64,000 nucleotides of DNA, taken from contig JBAXIO010000006.1 of the NCBI GenBank assembly GCA_037138335.1, positions 81,790 through 145,789 of the forward strand. The letters are read 5' to 3'. Under the pieces are notes generated by a model. The model saw only the letters and a program-made list of their open reading frames with translations. It had not been told where the DNA came from and made no database searches. Below, in pieces: positions 45,865-55,928 of this stretch. The stretch is from Bacteroidota bacterium (GTDB taxonomy: Bacteria > Bacteroidota > Bacteroidia > Bacteroidales > FEN-979). Each line of letters starts with the position of its first letter. The stretch's first letter is position 1. Position numbers and translations under genes: made by a program.

Positions 45865-47472
45865 ATGTCTTCTACCAAATATATTTTTGTAACCGGCGGT
45901 GTAACTTCATCACTCGGCAAAGGAATCATATCCTCATCGATAGCTAAATTATTGGTTGCCAGGGGGTTTTCGGTAACGATTCAGAAACTCGATCCTTACA
46001 TTAACATTGACCCCGGCACCCTGAACCCTTATGAACATGGAGAATGCTATGTAACGGAGGACGGGGCCGAGACGGATCTTGACCTTGGTCATTATGAGAG
46101 ATTCTCAAACGTACCCACCACCCAGGCAAATAATGTTACAACAGGCGTAGTCTACCAGAGTGTTATAAACAAGGAAAGAAAAGGTGAATTCCTTGGGGAA
46201 ACCGTACAGGTGATCCCTCATATCACAGATGAGATCAAAGCGAGGATCAAACTTCTTGCCACCAAGCGCCATTATGATTTTGTGATTACCGAGATCGGCG
46301 GAACGGTAGGCGATATTGAATCCCTGCCTTTTATTGAAACAGTGCGCCAGCTGAGATGGGAACTTGGCAAAGACAGCGTGGTTGTTCATCTTACCCTGGT
46401 TCCATACCTGGCTGCAGCGGGGGAATTAAAGTCAAAACCCACCCAGCACTCGGTGAAGACCATGCTGGAACAGGGGGTCCAACCTGACATCATTGTTTGC
46501 CGCACCGAGAAACATCTTACCGAGAGCCTCAGGAACAAAATTGCCCTCTTCTGTAATGTCAATCCCTCCTCTGTCATCGAATGCATAGATGCAGAAAGCA
46601 TTTATGAAGTGCCCATGCTGATGAGGCAGGAGAACCTGGATATCGAGATCCTGAGGAAAACCGATATGCCTACCGATGGGATACCTGATCTTCGTGACTG
46701 GGAGAAATTCCTCTATACATTGAAGAATCCCACATGCAATTTCAGCATCGGACTGGTTGGGAAGTATGTTGAATTAAAGGATGCCTATAAATCCATTAAC
46801 GAATCGATCATCCATGCCGGTGTCGCGAATAGCTGCAAGGTTAACGTGATCTCCCTGCATTCTGAATTTATTGATGAGAACAATGTAGCTGAGAAGCTGG
46901 GTGGCCTGAACGGGATCCTGGTTGCCCCGGGTTTCGGTGAAAGGGGTATTGAAGGTAAGATCACCGCGATAAACTATGCAAGGACCCACAACATTCCTTT
47001 CTTCGGAATCTGTTTGGGAATGCAGTGTGCAGTGATTGAATTTGCCCGCAACGTGCTGGGGATGAAAGGAGCCCATTCCACCGAATTCAATAAAAAGACC
47101 CCGTACCCGGTGATCGACATGATGGAGGAACAGAAGAAAATCATGGGACTGGGGGGCACAATGAGACTTGGGGCATACCCTTGTAAAATCAGCAAGTCAT
47201 CCAAGGTATTCAAGATTTATAAAAAAGTAAATATTTCAGAGAGGCACAGGCACAGGTATGAATTCAATAATGCTTACCTGGGCAAATATGTCAAAGCCGG
47301 TTTTTTACCTGTAGGGGTAAACGAAAAAGACGACCTGGTTGAGATCATGGAACTTACCACCCACCCATGGTTCATCGGGGTTCAGTTTCATCCGGAATAT
47401 AAGAGCACGGTTGCCACACCCCATCCCCTTTTCGTGGCATTCATAAAAGCAGCCAGGGAATATATCCCGTGA
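45865..47472 (+). CDS. pyrG: CTP synthase
   Basis: KYIFVTGGVTSSLGKGI is at the N-terminus. The glutamine amidotransferase motifs GICLGMQ and QFHPE are present. Confidence 0.95.
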   Translation: MSSTKYIFVTGGVTSSLGKGIISSSIAKLLVARGFSVTIQKLDPYINIDPGTLNPYEHGECYVTEDGAETDLDLGHYERFSNVPTTQANNVTTGVVYQSVINKERKGEFLGETVQVIPHITDEIKARIKLLATKRHYDFVITEIGGTVGDIESLPFIETVRQLRWELGKDSVVVHLTLVPYLAAAGELKSKPTQHSVKTMLEQGVQPDIIVCRTEKHLTESLRNKIALFCNVNPSSVIECIDAESIYEVPMLMRQENLDIEILRKTDMPTDGIPDLRDWEKFLYTLKNPTCNFSIGLVGKYVELKDAYKSINESIIHAGVANSCKVNVISLHSEFIDENNVAEKLGGLNGILVAPGFGERGIEGKITAINYARTHNIPFFGICLGMQCAVIEFARNVLGMKGAHSTEFNKKTPYPVIDMMEEQKKIMGLGGTMRLGAYPCKISKSSKVFKIYKKVNISERHRHRYEFNNAYLGKYVKAGFLPVGVNEKDDLVEIMELTTHPWFIGVQFHPEYKSTVATPHPLFVAFIKAAREYIP

Positions 47473-47486
47473 TAAAGACATTTTCT

Positions 47487-47494
47487 TACCTTTG
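47487..47494 (+). promoter_or_regulatory. -7 box TACCTTTG upstream of yidC
   Basis: Perfect TAnnTTTG, 42 nt before the ATG. The extended ACCTTTGCACCCC is identical to the rpsA promoter candidate. Confidence 0.55.
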
Positions 47495-47535
47495 CACCCC
47501 CAAATGCTGCATCTGGGATTAATTAAACATCTTTC

Positions 47536-49488
47536 ATGAACAACAAGAACACGATAATCGGGCTTGTCCTCATCTTCACAATTTTTATCGGGTATACATA
47601 CCTGATGAGCCCATCCAAAGAACAGCTTATAGCACAAAAGCGCAAGGCCGATTCAATGTACATGCTCAGCATCCAGAAACAGCATGCTCAGATCACGGCA
47701 ATCGCCAGGGAAAAAGCAATTTTCGTTGCAAGGGAAAAAGAAAAATTTGTTGCCCAGGGCGAACATGTTGATTCGGCAACCCTTACCAGGTTGACCCTGA
47801 AGGGAGAACTGGGGGTGTTTGCCAATGCCGCCGTTGGAAAGGATACATCCTACACGGTTGAGAACGATGTGTTTAAATTGAAATTTATAAGCAGGGGAGG
47901 GAAAATAGGCAGAGTGGAACTGAAGAATTACCTGACCTGGGATAAGAAACCCCTGGTGCTTATGGACGGCGATTCACTGAATTTTGGCATTTCGTTTTTT
48001 GCAAATAACCGCACCATCACTACAAACAGGCTTTATTTTCAGCCTTTCTGGCCTGATCAGTCCCATAAAGGACAGGCGTATATGAAAGTGAGCGGAAAAG
48101 ATTCCCTGCAATTCGGCATGAGGTTGTTTGTAGCATCGTCTGATACTGGTTTCAACAAAGACCAGTACATCGAATTTCTCTATACTGTCAGGGGCAATGA
48201 TTATATGCTGAGGTACCAGGTGAATTTTGTCGGAATGGACCAGGCTATCGATGCCGGGAATAAATTCATCGTGCTCACCTGGAACGATAAACTGAAAAAT
48301 CTTGAGAAAAGCCAGAAGATGGAGAGGATGACAACCACCCTCTATTACAAATATGACCAGGATAAGGTTGATTACATTTCTGAGACCAAAGATGAAGAAC
48401 TCTATCTGAAAAATGAGAAGATCAAATGGTTTGCCTTTAAGCAGCAGTTTTTCACAAGCATCCTCATTTCCGATACCTACCTGACCGAGCCCAGGCTGAG
48501 GACCCAGGGTATGCAGGGACCTTCGTTTTACCTGAAGAACATGTATGCCGAAGCCGGCATACCGTTTTCAGTTAAAGAAACAAAATCGGTGGGGATGTCG
48601 ATGTACTTCGGCCCGAACAAGTTCTATCAGTTAAAAAACTATAAGCTTGACCTGGAAAAACAGATCCCGCTCGGCTGGAGTTTTTTCCTGATGGCCTGGA
48701 TCAATATATATGCGGTAATCCCGGTATTCACTTTCTTCGGGAACCTTGGCTGGAACTATGGTATTATCATCCTCGTTCTTACCATACTCCTTAAGATAGT
48801 GCTCTTCCCTATCGCATACAAAACTTATAAATCCTCGGCCAAAATGAGGGTGCTTAAGCCCGACATTGACGAGCTGAATAAAAAATTCCCCAAAAAGGAC
48901 GATGCGCTGAAAAAACAGCAGGCGACCATGGACCTGTATAAAAAAGCCGGGGTGAACCCTATGGCCGGCTGCATCCCGATGCTTCTCCAGTTTCCCATCC
49001 TCATCGCGATGTTCCGATTCTTCCCTTCTTCTATAGAACTCAGGCAGCAGCCTTTCCTTTGGGCTACCGACCTTTCCTCATATGATTCAATATGGACTTT
49101 CCCGGGAGGTTTCAGCCTGCCCTGGTACGGTAACCATGTAAGTCTTTTTGCACTGCTGATGACAATCTCCAGTGTCATTTACACGAGGATCAACGACCAG
49201 ATGATGGGCAGCACGCAGCAGCAGATGCCGGGGATGAAAACCATGATGTACATGATGCCGGTTATGTTCCTTTTCTGGTTCAATGATTATTCGTCAGGCC
49301 TTAGCTATTATTACCTGCTTGCCAACCTTCTCACATTTGCCCAGATTTACCTGATCCGTGCATTCCTTGATGAAAAGAAACTGCATGCCCAGATCGAAGC
49401 CAATAAGAAAAAACCGGTAAAGAAATCCGGTTTCCAGAAACGGCTTGAAGATATGGCCAAACAGCGTGGTGTGTCTACGAAACGATAA
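47536..49488 (+). CDS. yidC: Membrane protein insertase YidC (long periplasmic-domain form)
   Basis: An N-terminal anchor and a large P1 domain are followed by the C-terminal 60-kDa IMP core (MRVLKPDIDELNKKF...NPMAGCIPMLLQFPILIAMF). Confidence 0.9.
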   Translation: MNNKNTIIGLVLIFTIFIGYTYLMSPSKEQLIAQKRKADSMYMLSIQKQHAQITAIAREKAIFVAREKEKFVAQGEHVDSATLTRLTLKGELGVFANAAVGKDTSYTVENDVFKLKFISRGGKIGRVELKNYLTWDKKPLVLMDGDSLNFGISFFANNRTITTNRLYFQPFWPDQSHKGQAYMKVSGKDSLQFGMRLFVASSDTGFNKDQYIEFLYTVRGNDYMLRYQVNFVGMDQAIDAGNKFIVLTWNDKLKNLEKSQKMERMTTTLYYKYDQDKVDYISETKDEELYLKNEKIKWFAFKQQFFTSILISDTYLTEPRLRTQGMQGPSFYLKNMYAEAGIPFSVKETKSVGMSMYFGPNKFYQLKNYKLDLEKQIPLGWSFFLMAWINIYAVIPVFTFFGNLGWNYGIIILVLTILLKIVLFPIAYKTYKSSAKMRVLKPDIDELNKKFPKKDDALKKQQATMDLYKKAGVNPMAGCIPMLLQFPILIAMFRFFPSSIELRQQPFLWATDLSSYDSIWTFPGGFSLPWYGNHVSLFALLMTISSVIYTRINDQMMGSTQQQMPGMKTMMYMMPVMFLFWFNDYSSGLSYYYLLANLLTFAQIYLIRAFLDEKKLHAQIEANKKKPVKKSGFQKRLEDMAKQRGVSTKR

Positions 49489-49494
49489 CCTTTT

Positions 49495-49565
49495 CAGTGA
49501 ATAGTGAACGGTGAATAGTTATCAGTGAAGTTCACCAGTCACTGTTCACCAGTCACCAGTCACTT
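49495..49565. repeat. Inverted array of phased heptamers (5 x NNGTGAA / 5 x NNTCACY) filling the yidC/mqnA convergent spacer; candidate bidirectional terminator
   Basis: The left arm is CAGTGAA TAGTGAA CGGTGAA TAGTTAT CAGTGAA. The right arm is (G)TTCACC AGTCACT GTTCACC AGTCACC AGTCACT. By hand alignment, 24 of 35 positions in the two arms are complementary. Confidence 0.7.
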
Positions 49566-50309
49566 CTATCCCAGGTATGAAAGGAACAAATTCAAACCTT
49601 CCTTCTTTGGTTTGTCGAAGCCGTAGGAAATGTTTTCGGTGAGATACTTCCTGCAATCGGCATTCTTAGGCAGCCTTGTTGAGTAAAAATCAAGTACCTG
49701 GTCAATATTCATGACGCCGTGATGAAGGGCCTTATTGAACTGACCCAGTAAGGTTTCGGGAAGGGGCCTGGTCGACACCCAGACGGCAAATACAAACGGA
49801 AGCCCGGTATACCTGATCCATTCCCCTGCAAGGTCGTAAGAATAAGCGTACCGGTTCCGCATCCCGAATGTTTTGTCCCCGATTGCAACAATGGCATCTT
49901 TCATTCTCGGGTCCTCTGCCTGGCCTCGCTGAAGTCTTTCAAAAACCGGTTGTGTTTTCCAAAATGACTGTGACAGGACCTGTACAAGCCTGGCCGATGT
50001 CCTGGAATCAAAATCCAGATAGATTTTTTTGATCTTTTCAAGCGGCTTATTCGATAATAAAAGCACAGTAATCACTTCTTTTACCGCCCCAAGGCAATAA
50101 TCTGAAATAATATGGTAATTCCTGAAGTCGGGCAATGCACCCGCAGGAACCAGGGCAATATCCGCCTCGCCCGATTTCAGCCGTTCGGCGCACATTGACG
50201 GCACTTCAAGGTAGAGGTGATAATCCTGGAGATAGCCCGATTGCTGGATACCATAAACAAAAGGATAGGTGTTCAGGTAGGAAACAGCCGATATGTTAAG
50301 GGTTTTCAT
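49566..50309 (-). CDS. Menaquinone (futalosine pathway) biosynthesis protein, MqnA/MqnD family
   Basis: The N-terminal ISAVSYLNTYPF and the periplasmic-binding-protein-like fold pattern of the VitK2_biosynth family are present. The start is trimmed to ATG 50309 (MKTLNIS). Confidence 0.7.
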   Translation of the reverse strand: MKTLNISAVSYLNTYPFVYGIQQSGYLQDYHLYLEVPSMCAERLKSGEADIALVPAGALPDFRNYHIISDYCLGAVKEVITVLLLSNKPLEKIKKIYLDFDSRTSARLVQVLSQSFWKTQPVFERLQRGQAEDPRMKDAIVAIGDKTFGMRNRYAYSYDLAGEWIRYTGLPFVFAVWVSTRPLPETLLGQFNKALHHGVMNIDQVLDFYSTRLPKNADCRKYLTENISYGFDKPKKEGLNLFLSYLG

Positions 50310-50375
50310 AAGAGGGCGTTTGACATAAACATACAATGAACATATGTAACTTTGTTGCTGTAATAAATTTTTTTC

Positions 50376-50383
50376 TATTTTTG
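50376..50383 (+). promoter_or_regulatory. -7 box TATTTTTG (a second, TAACTTTG, at 50347-50354) upstream of 50400 ORF
   Basis: Two perfect TAnnTTTG matches lie in the 90-bp spacer. Confidence 0.4.
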
Positions 50384-50399
50384 CGGAACGAATATACAC

Positions 50400-50915
50400 A
50401 TGAAAAGGAAACTTGCCACATATTTTCTTCTATCCTTAATGGCTTTTCACACGGCGGGGTTTTACCTTGTGTTCGAAATAAACCGTTTCCTGGTCAGGCG
50501 GGAGATGGCGGCAAAGATATCATCAGGAAACAATACCACTATTGAAACAATAGTTGTTAACGGGAAATGTGACTATCTGAAGATCATCGACCAGACCGAA
50601 ATTGAATACAAGGGGGAAATGTACGATGTGATTTGCAAGACTTCTAAAGGAAGTTCCAGGGTATTCTTTTGTATTCACGATACCAGGGAAGGCAAAATCA
50701 ATAACGGCATCTCAAAGATGATGAAAGATCAGACGAAACACCTTCTGATCCCTGTATTCGGCACCATTGCTTTGCTGGAGGAACAGGCTGCCCTGCCTGC
50801 TGAAAGCGGAACGGCAGTAAGTTACATCAGTCTTAACCGTGAGACTGAATCCGCCATCAGGAGCATACCCGAAACACCTCCCAAAACCAGCCCGTATTTC
50901 CAATCAGCCGTTTAA
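50400..50915 (+). CDS. Hypothetical membrane-anchored protein
   Basis: It has a single N-terminal TM segment (YFLLSLMAFHTAGFYLVF) and lies 48 nt upstream of a TonB-dependent receptor. No motif recognised. Confidence 0.45.
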   Translation: MKRKLATYFLLSLMAFHTAGFYLVFEINRFLVRREMAAKISSGNNTTIETIVVNGKCDYLKIIDQTEIEYKGEMYDVICKTSKGSSRVFFCIHDTREGKINNGISKMMKDQTKHLLIPVFGTIALLEEQAALPAESGTAVSYISLNRETESAIRSIPETPPKTSPYFQSAV

Positions 50916-50963
50916 GGCACAGCCAATTATTTTTTTTAGTTTTCATTTAATAAATTTCGCGTA

Positions 50964-53384
50964 ATGAACACACGATATTGCTATATAATTATAGCCCTTT
51001 TTCTCGCATTTGCGACCAATGGTCAGACTGTCAAGGTCCTTGACAAATCAGACCTCCAGCCTGTAGAAGGAGTTACAATAACCAACGAGGCCAGGAGCTT
51101 TCTGGTCACAACTTCCGTTACAGGCACTGCTGATATTTCAGGATTTGCCCCCAGTGAGGTTCTTTATTTCAATCACGTGGCTTTTCAGCCCCTTCATTTT
51201 CCCAAAGCCGATCTCCAGGCGATGAACAATACAATATATATGCTGGAAGACATTATCAGGCTGGATGAATTTGTTGTATCAGCCAACAGGACCGACGAAA
51301 AGCGTTCAGATATTCCGAATAAGATCGAGGTCATCCAGGCAAAAGATATCTCTTTCCAGAATCCGCAGAATTCAGCCATCATGCTTGAACAGACCGGGCA
51401 GGTCTTTGTCCAGACGAGCCAGCTGGGCGGCGGAAGCCCCGTTCTGCGTGGTTTCGAAGCCAACAAGGTGCTGCTGGTTGTTGACGGTGTGCGAATGAAC
51501 AATGCCATATACCGTGCAGGCCACCTTCAGAATGCAATTACTGTTGATCCTTTCGGCCTTTCCTCTACAGAAATTCTCTACGGCCCCGGCTCCACTATCT
51601 ATGGCAGCGATGCACTTGGCGGTGTAATCAATTTCATCACCAAAGATCCTGAACTCTCTGTTACCGGGAAAACAGCCGTTCATGGCAGCATTCTCGGGCG
51701 GTTCTCATCAGCCAACCTGGAAAAAACGGGAGGTGTAAATCTGAATCTTGGCTGGAAAAAACTGGCTGTACTTCTGAACTTTTCTTACAGCGATTTCAGC
51801 GACCTCCGTGAAGGGCGGGTCTCAAATCCTGCCTATGGCACTTTCGGCCAGCGCCTTTTCTATGCCGACCGTATCGACGGAAAGGATTATACAGTTGCCA
51901 ATGACAAACCATGGATCCAGAAGCAATCAGCATATTCCCAGTACAATTTCCTCGGGAAAGTTTTGTTTCAGCCTGGTAAATCAAGCAGGTATATCCTCAA
52001 TTTCCAGTATTCCAATTCGAGCAACATTCCCCGTTACGACCGGCTGACTGAAATGCAGAATGACAGCACCATGAACTATTCCGAATGGTACTATGGCCCG
52101 CAAGCAAGGCTGTTCGGTTCGCTCAAGGCAGAGTACAACCTTAACGGCGTCATTTTTGATCACGCTTCGATTATCCTGGCTTATCAGCATGTCAATGAAG
52201 ACCGCATCCAGCGCAGTTTTGGGAGTTCGAAGAAAAAGTACAACCTCGAGAAGGTGGCAGTTTATTCGGTGAACGCCGATTTCGACAAGAAGCTTTGTAC
52301 TAAGGATATCCTTCATTACGGAGTTGAGTTGAGCTACAACAATGTCGGTTCCAAAGCCTACAATGAGAACATAAACACCGGCTCAATCACGTATGACCGT
52401 GCCACCCGTTTCCCCGACCAGAAAGCCAACATGATGTACCTGTCGGCCTATCTCTCCAATGTCTGGAGCATAAGCAAAGCCTTCTCCTTTTCCCAGGGGA
52501 TCCGTTTCAACTATGTAACCCTTAATGCAGCATACTCCGACACAATGGTGAAGATCACCCCGATCCCTTTCGATCCGAATATCAGCCAGAAGAATACAGC
52601 TCTGAACGGGTATCTTGGCCTGGTTGCCACACCGGGTCATGACTGGAAATTCTCGCTTATCGGATCCACCGGTTTCAGGGCTCCGAATATTGACGACCTT
52701 ACCAAGCTCAATGTGGTTACAGGCAGGACCATTGTTGTTCCGAACCCGAACCTGAAACCTGAAAACTCATATAACATGGAACTGACCATCGGAAAGACCA
52801 TTGGCGGCAAGATCCATCTTGAGGGAACGGCTTATTACAACTGGCTAAACAATGCCCAGGTTATTAAGCCGATCATATACAATGGCAAGGATTCACTTGA
52901 GATCGACGGGCAGAAGTACCAGACTCTGGGACTCACAAATACGGGCCATGCCTATGTGTGCGGATTCCAGGGAAGCATCCTGGCGCAGGTAACCCGTAAT
53001 TTTTCGATTGTCAGTAACCTTACTTACACATACGGTTATGATGTGACAAACAGTGTCCCTCTCGATCATATTCCCCCCGTGTTTGGCATGACATCATTCA
53101 GCCTCGAACTTAAAAAGTTCAAGGGCGATTTCTATGTGATGTACAACGGATGGAAACGCATCAGCCAATACAGCAACAGCGGAGAGGATAATGAAGCTTA
53201 TGCAACTCCACTGGGCATGCCCTCATGGTATACACTGAACCTGAAACTCAGCTACCAGATCGTAAAATATGTGAATGTGGAACTGGGAATGGAAAATATC
53301 CTGGATGAAAACTACAGGAAATTCTCTTCAGGGATAAGCAGCCCGGGAAGGAACATAATTGCTGCCTTACGCGCCAATTTCTAA
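50964..53384 (+). CDS. TonB-dependent receptor with N-terminal carboxypeptidase-regulatory-like domain
   Basis: The order is signal peptide, CarboxypepD_reg-like beta-sandwich, plug (GGSPVLRGFEANKVLLVVDGVRMN), then barrel ending in ...ALRANF. There is no SusD partner. Confidence 0.85.
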   Translation: MNTRYCYIIIALFLAFATNGQTVKVLDKSDLQPVEGVTITNEARSFLVTTSVTGTADISGFAPSEVLYFNHVAFQPLHFPKADLQAMNNTIYMLEDIIRLDEFVVSANRTDEKRSDIPNKIEVIQAKDISFQNPQNSAIMLEQTGQVFVQTSQLGGGSPVLRGFEANKVLLVVDGVRMNNAIYRAGHLQNAITVDPFGLSSTEILYGPGSTIYGSDALGGVINFITKDPELSVTGKTAVHGSILGRFSSANLEKTGGVNLNLGWKKLAVLLNFSYSDFSDLREGRVSNPAYGTFGQRLFYADRIDGKDYTVANDKPWIQKQSAYSQYNFLGKVLFQPGKSSRYILNFQYSNSSNIPRYDRLTEMQNDSTMNYSEWYYGPQARLFGSLKAEYNLNGVIFDHASIILAYQHVNEDRIQRSFGSSKKKYNLEKVAVYSVNADFDKKLCTKDILHYGVELSYNNVGSKAYNENINTGSITYDRATRFPDQKANMMYLSAYLSNVWSISKAFSFSQGIRFNYVTLNAAYSDTMVKITPIPFDPNISQKNTALNGYLGLVATPGHDWKFSLIGSTGFRAPNIDDLTKLNVVTGRTIVVPNPNLKPENSYNMELTIGKTIGGKIHLEGTAYYNWLNNAQVIKPIIYNGKDSLEIDGQKYQTLGLTNTGHAYVCGFQGSILAQVTRNFSIVSNLTYTYGYDVTNSVPLDHIPPVFGMTSFSLELKKFKGDFYVMYNGWKRISQYSNSGEDNEAYATPLGMPSWYTLNLKLSYQIVKYVNVELGMENILDENYRKFSSGISSPGRNIIAALRANF

Positions 53385-53954
53385 AAGCGAGTTGTGAATG
53401 GCCATTACCTGAGGAATGACCAGGTGGTTGCCGTCATTGATGATGACAAAGTCCGACATCCGGGCTTTGTCATCGTCTTTTATCTGGTATTGCATCCTGT
53501 CGAGTACCAGTTTACGTTCAACACCGTCGCGTTTCATAACCCTTTCAATTGCCATATCTTCCGGGCATGAAACATGTACAATCCTGTCGAACTCCTTGTT
53601 ATAGCCGCTTTCAAAGAGAATAGCCGCTTCCATAATGACATATGGAGCCAGGGGCCGGGTAGACACCCATGTATTAAATCCCTTTAGCACCAGGGGATGC
53701 ATGATACCGTTCAAATGGTTTAATGACTGCCGGTCCCCGAACACCAGCGAAGCCAGTTTCCTTTTATCTATCAAACCGTTCACAATGGTATCTTTCCCGA
53801 AAGACCTGGATATTTCATCAATCACTTCAGGGGAACCGAGCAATTTTTTCGACTCCTCGTCTGCATGAAATACCGGGATGCCGAGAGAGGAAAAGACCAA
53901 TGCAACGGCCGATTTGCCGCTTCCAATATTGCCGGTAAGCCCTGCTTTCAGCAT
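53367..53954 (-). CDS. coaE: Dephospho-CoA kinase
   Basis: The P-loop is GLTGNIGSGKS. The protein is 195 aa. Confidence 0.9.
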   Translation of the reverse strand: MLKAGLTGNIGSGKSAVALVFSSLGIPVFHADEESKKLLGSPEVIDEISRSFGKDTIVNGLIDKRKLASLVFGDRQSLNHLNGIMHPLVLKGFNTWVSTRPLAPYVIMEAAILFESGYNKEFDRIVHVSCPEDMAIERVMKRDGVERKLVLDRMQYQIKDDDKARMSDFVIINDGNHLVIPQVMAIHNSLLEIGA

Positions 53955-53962
53955 CCCTCAAC

Positions 53963-54508
53963 TTATTTCACCTTGTTAAAACGGATGCTGTCATGCCTGG
54001 GCGCCAATACGGAAGCTGGCCTTGCGGCAATCTTCTGGATCTTTTTAGGAGCAAGCCTTTCAAGGTCGAAAAACAAGGTGTCGGGAGATACCATGTATAC
54101 TTCCGACTGAAAATTCATCTTTTCCTTGACCTCCCTTCCGATATCCGCAGTAGGCAGGTACCCGCCAACCTGGTTGTCTTCGGTGTAAAGTTTAATCTTC
54201 TTCAGGCTAACATTGTATTTCGGGTTCCTGGGCTGGATGAATTCCTCGGTAAAATAATCAAAGCCCTGTATCCTGATACTGACTGTAAGGATGCTGTCGG
54301 AATACCCCGTCATCCTGAGGTTCGACGGCAGGTTGGTGTAATGGATCCTGAAATTTGTGGTATAATAATAGTCACGGGACAGCCTCACAAGTGACCATAT
54401 AAAAACAGAAAGTACCAGGCATACCGCGAAAATGTACAGCTGGTGCCTGAATGTCCCACCCCTGTTCTTTCTGGCTTTACCGATCAGATCAATAAACCCG
54501 CTTTTCAA
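53963..54508 (-). CDS. Hypothetical single-pass membrane protein (possibly YbbR-like)
   Basis: It has one TM segment (LYIFAVCLVLSVFIWSL). Its position between yajC and coaE matches the conserved Bacteroidota neighbourhood. The assignment is positional only. Confidence 0.45.
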   Translation of the reverse strand: MKSGFIDLIGKARKNRGGTFRHQLYIFAVCLVLSVFIWSLVRLSRDYYYTTNFRIHYTNLPSNLRMTGYSDSILTVSIRIQGFDYFTEEFIQPRNPKYNVSLKKIKLYTEDNQVGGYLPTADIGREVKEKMNFQSEVYMVSPDTLFFDLERLAPKKIQKIAARPASVLAPRHDSIRFNKVK

Positions 54509-54517
54509 TTAACAAGC

Positions 54518-54844
54518 TTATTTATTCTCGATTGTCTGGCTGGTGTCAATTGCGATGGCCGATTTCTCAACACGAAGCTTGACATTATTGTCAACTTCAA
54601 TTGAAACTGTTGTCTCCTGGATCTCCACGATTTTACCGTGGATTCCGCCAATAGTTACTACTTTTTGCCCTTTGTCAAGGGTTTCCCTGAACTTTTTCTG
54701 GTCTTTGCTGCGCTTCATCTGCGGGCGGATGAAAAAGAAATAAAACACGACGATAATCAGCAGAAGCGGTAAAAAGGAATACCAGCCGTTCTGTGAGCCG
54801 CCCTGTGCCTGGGGAGCCATTAAGAGGATGTTAAGGATATTCAT
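54518..54844 (-). CDS. yajC: Preprotein translocase subunit YajC
   Basis: 108 aa, with a TM segment followed by [10 protein letters not shown]...[18 protein letters not shown]. Confidence 0.85.
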   Translation of the reverse strand: MNILNILLMAPQAQGGSQNGWYSFLPLLLIIVVFYFFFIRPQMKRSKDQKKFRETLDKGQKVVTIGGIHGKIVEIQETTVSIEVDNNVKLRVEKSAIAIDTSQTIENK

Positions 54845-54873
54845 ATTTGGATATTGATTAAATAAAAGATTAA

Positions 54874-55350
54874 TTATTTATCTGAATTGGGACCGGCGAT
54901 CTCAGCTTTGATCCTGAGAAGCGTGGTGTTAGGCTGGGTGTTTGCAACAACCAGTATGCTTTTTGATTGGAAACCGTGCTTTCCCGCGCTGTTAAATGAG
55001 ACTTTGATCGTCCCTTTGTCGCCCGGGCGGATCGGAGCTTTGGAATACGAAGGTACTGTGCATCCGCAGGAAGTGCTTACGTCGACGATGATAAGATCGG
55101 TTTTCCCGGTATTTGTAAACTGGAATTCATACGAAACCGATTCGCCCTGTATAATCTTGCCAAAATCATGCTCTATCTCTTCAAATTTGAAAACAGGTAA
55201 TGATCCCGGATTACTCTGACCATCTGCCGTATTCGGATTCTTAACAAGGTCGGTTGATATTTTTTCCTCTTTGTTTCCCGAAGAATTGCAGGAAGAGGCA
55301 AATGCGACAGCCAGTACAAATAATATCAGGGATAAGCCTCTGAACTTCAT
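54874..55350 (-). CDS. DUF1573 domain-containing lipoprotein
   Basis: The lipobox is AFASSC. HDFGKI...F.FTNTG...L.I..V.TSCGCT is the DUF1573 signature. Confidence 0.8.
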   Translation of the reverse strand: MKFRGLSLILFVLAVAFASSCNSSGNKEEKISTDLVKNPNTADGQSNPGSLPVFKFEEIEHDFGKIIQGESVSYEFQFTNTGKTDLIIVDVSTSCGCTVPSYSKAPIRPGDKGTIKVSFNSAGKHGFQSKSILVVANTQPNTTLLRIKAEIAGPNSDK

Positions 55351-55372
55351 AAGCTTTTATATTAGCGGACTG

Positions 55373-55380
55373 CAAAGGTA
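55373..55380 (-). promoter_or_regulatory. -7 box TACCTTTG (minus strand) upstream of DUF1573-yajC-coaE operon
   Basis: CAAAGGTA on the plus strand lies 23 nt upstream of ATG 55350. Confidence 0.5.
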
Positions 55381-55430
55381 GTAATTATTTTGACTGAATT
55401 TGTACTTTTACACTCAACAAAAACTCGAAA

Positions 55431-55928
55431 TTGAAGACCTATCTGATCGGTTTTATGGGATCGGGGAAGAGCGCCCTGGGAAGACAGCTTGCCGGGCTTA
55501 TGAATACAGCTTTTCTTGACCTCGACGAAATGTTCGAAGAACGTTACCATATAAGCATTTTCGATTTTTTTGAAAAATATGACGAGGATAAGTTCAGGCT
55601 GATAGAAAAGGAACTGCTGTTTGAGACCGCCGGTCTTACAAATACCGTTATTTCAACCGGGGGAGGTACTGCCTGTTTTTACGATAACATGAAATTTATC
55701 AGGGAGAATGGGGTTTCGGTATACCTGCGGATGACATCCGGGGAACTGGCCATGCGGTTGAAGAATGTCAGGAAGAAGCGCCCGTTGCTGAAAGACCTGC
55801 CCCCCGAAGGATTAGAGGCCTGGATTTCATCACAACTCCTCTCCAGGGAAGTTTATTACAATCAGGCAACCCATGTGTTTTACCCCCTTCAGCAGGACAT
55901 CCGGGAACTGGTACTTAAGCTAACGTAA
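55431..55928 (+). CDS. aroK: Shikimate kinase
   Basis: The P-loop is LIGFMGSGKSALG, with the STGGG motif. A TTG start is needed to retain the P-loop. Confidence 0.85.
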   Translation: MKTYLIGFMGSGKSALGRQLAGLMNTAFLDLDEMFEERYHISIFDFFEKYDEDKFRLIEKELLFETAGLTNTVISTGGGTACFYDNMKFIRENGVSVYLRMTSGELAMRLKNVRKKRPLLKDLPPEGLEAWISSQLLSREVYYNQATHVFYPLQQDIRELVLKLT

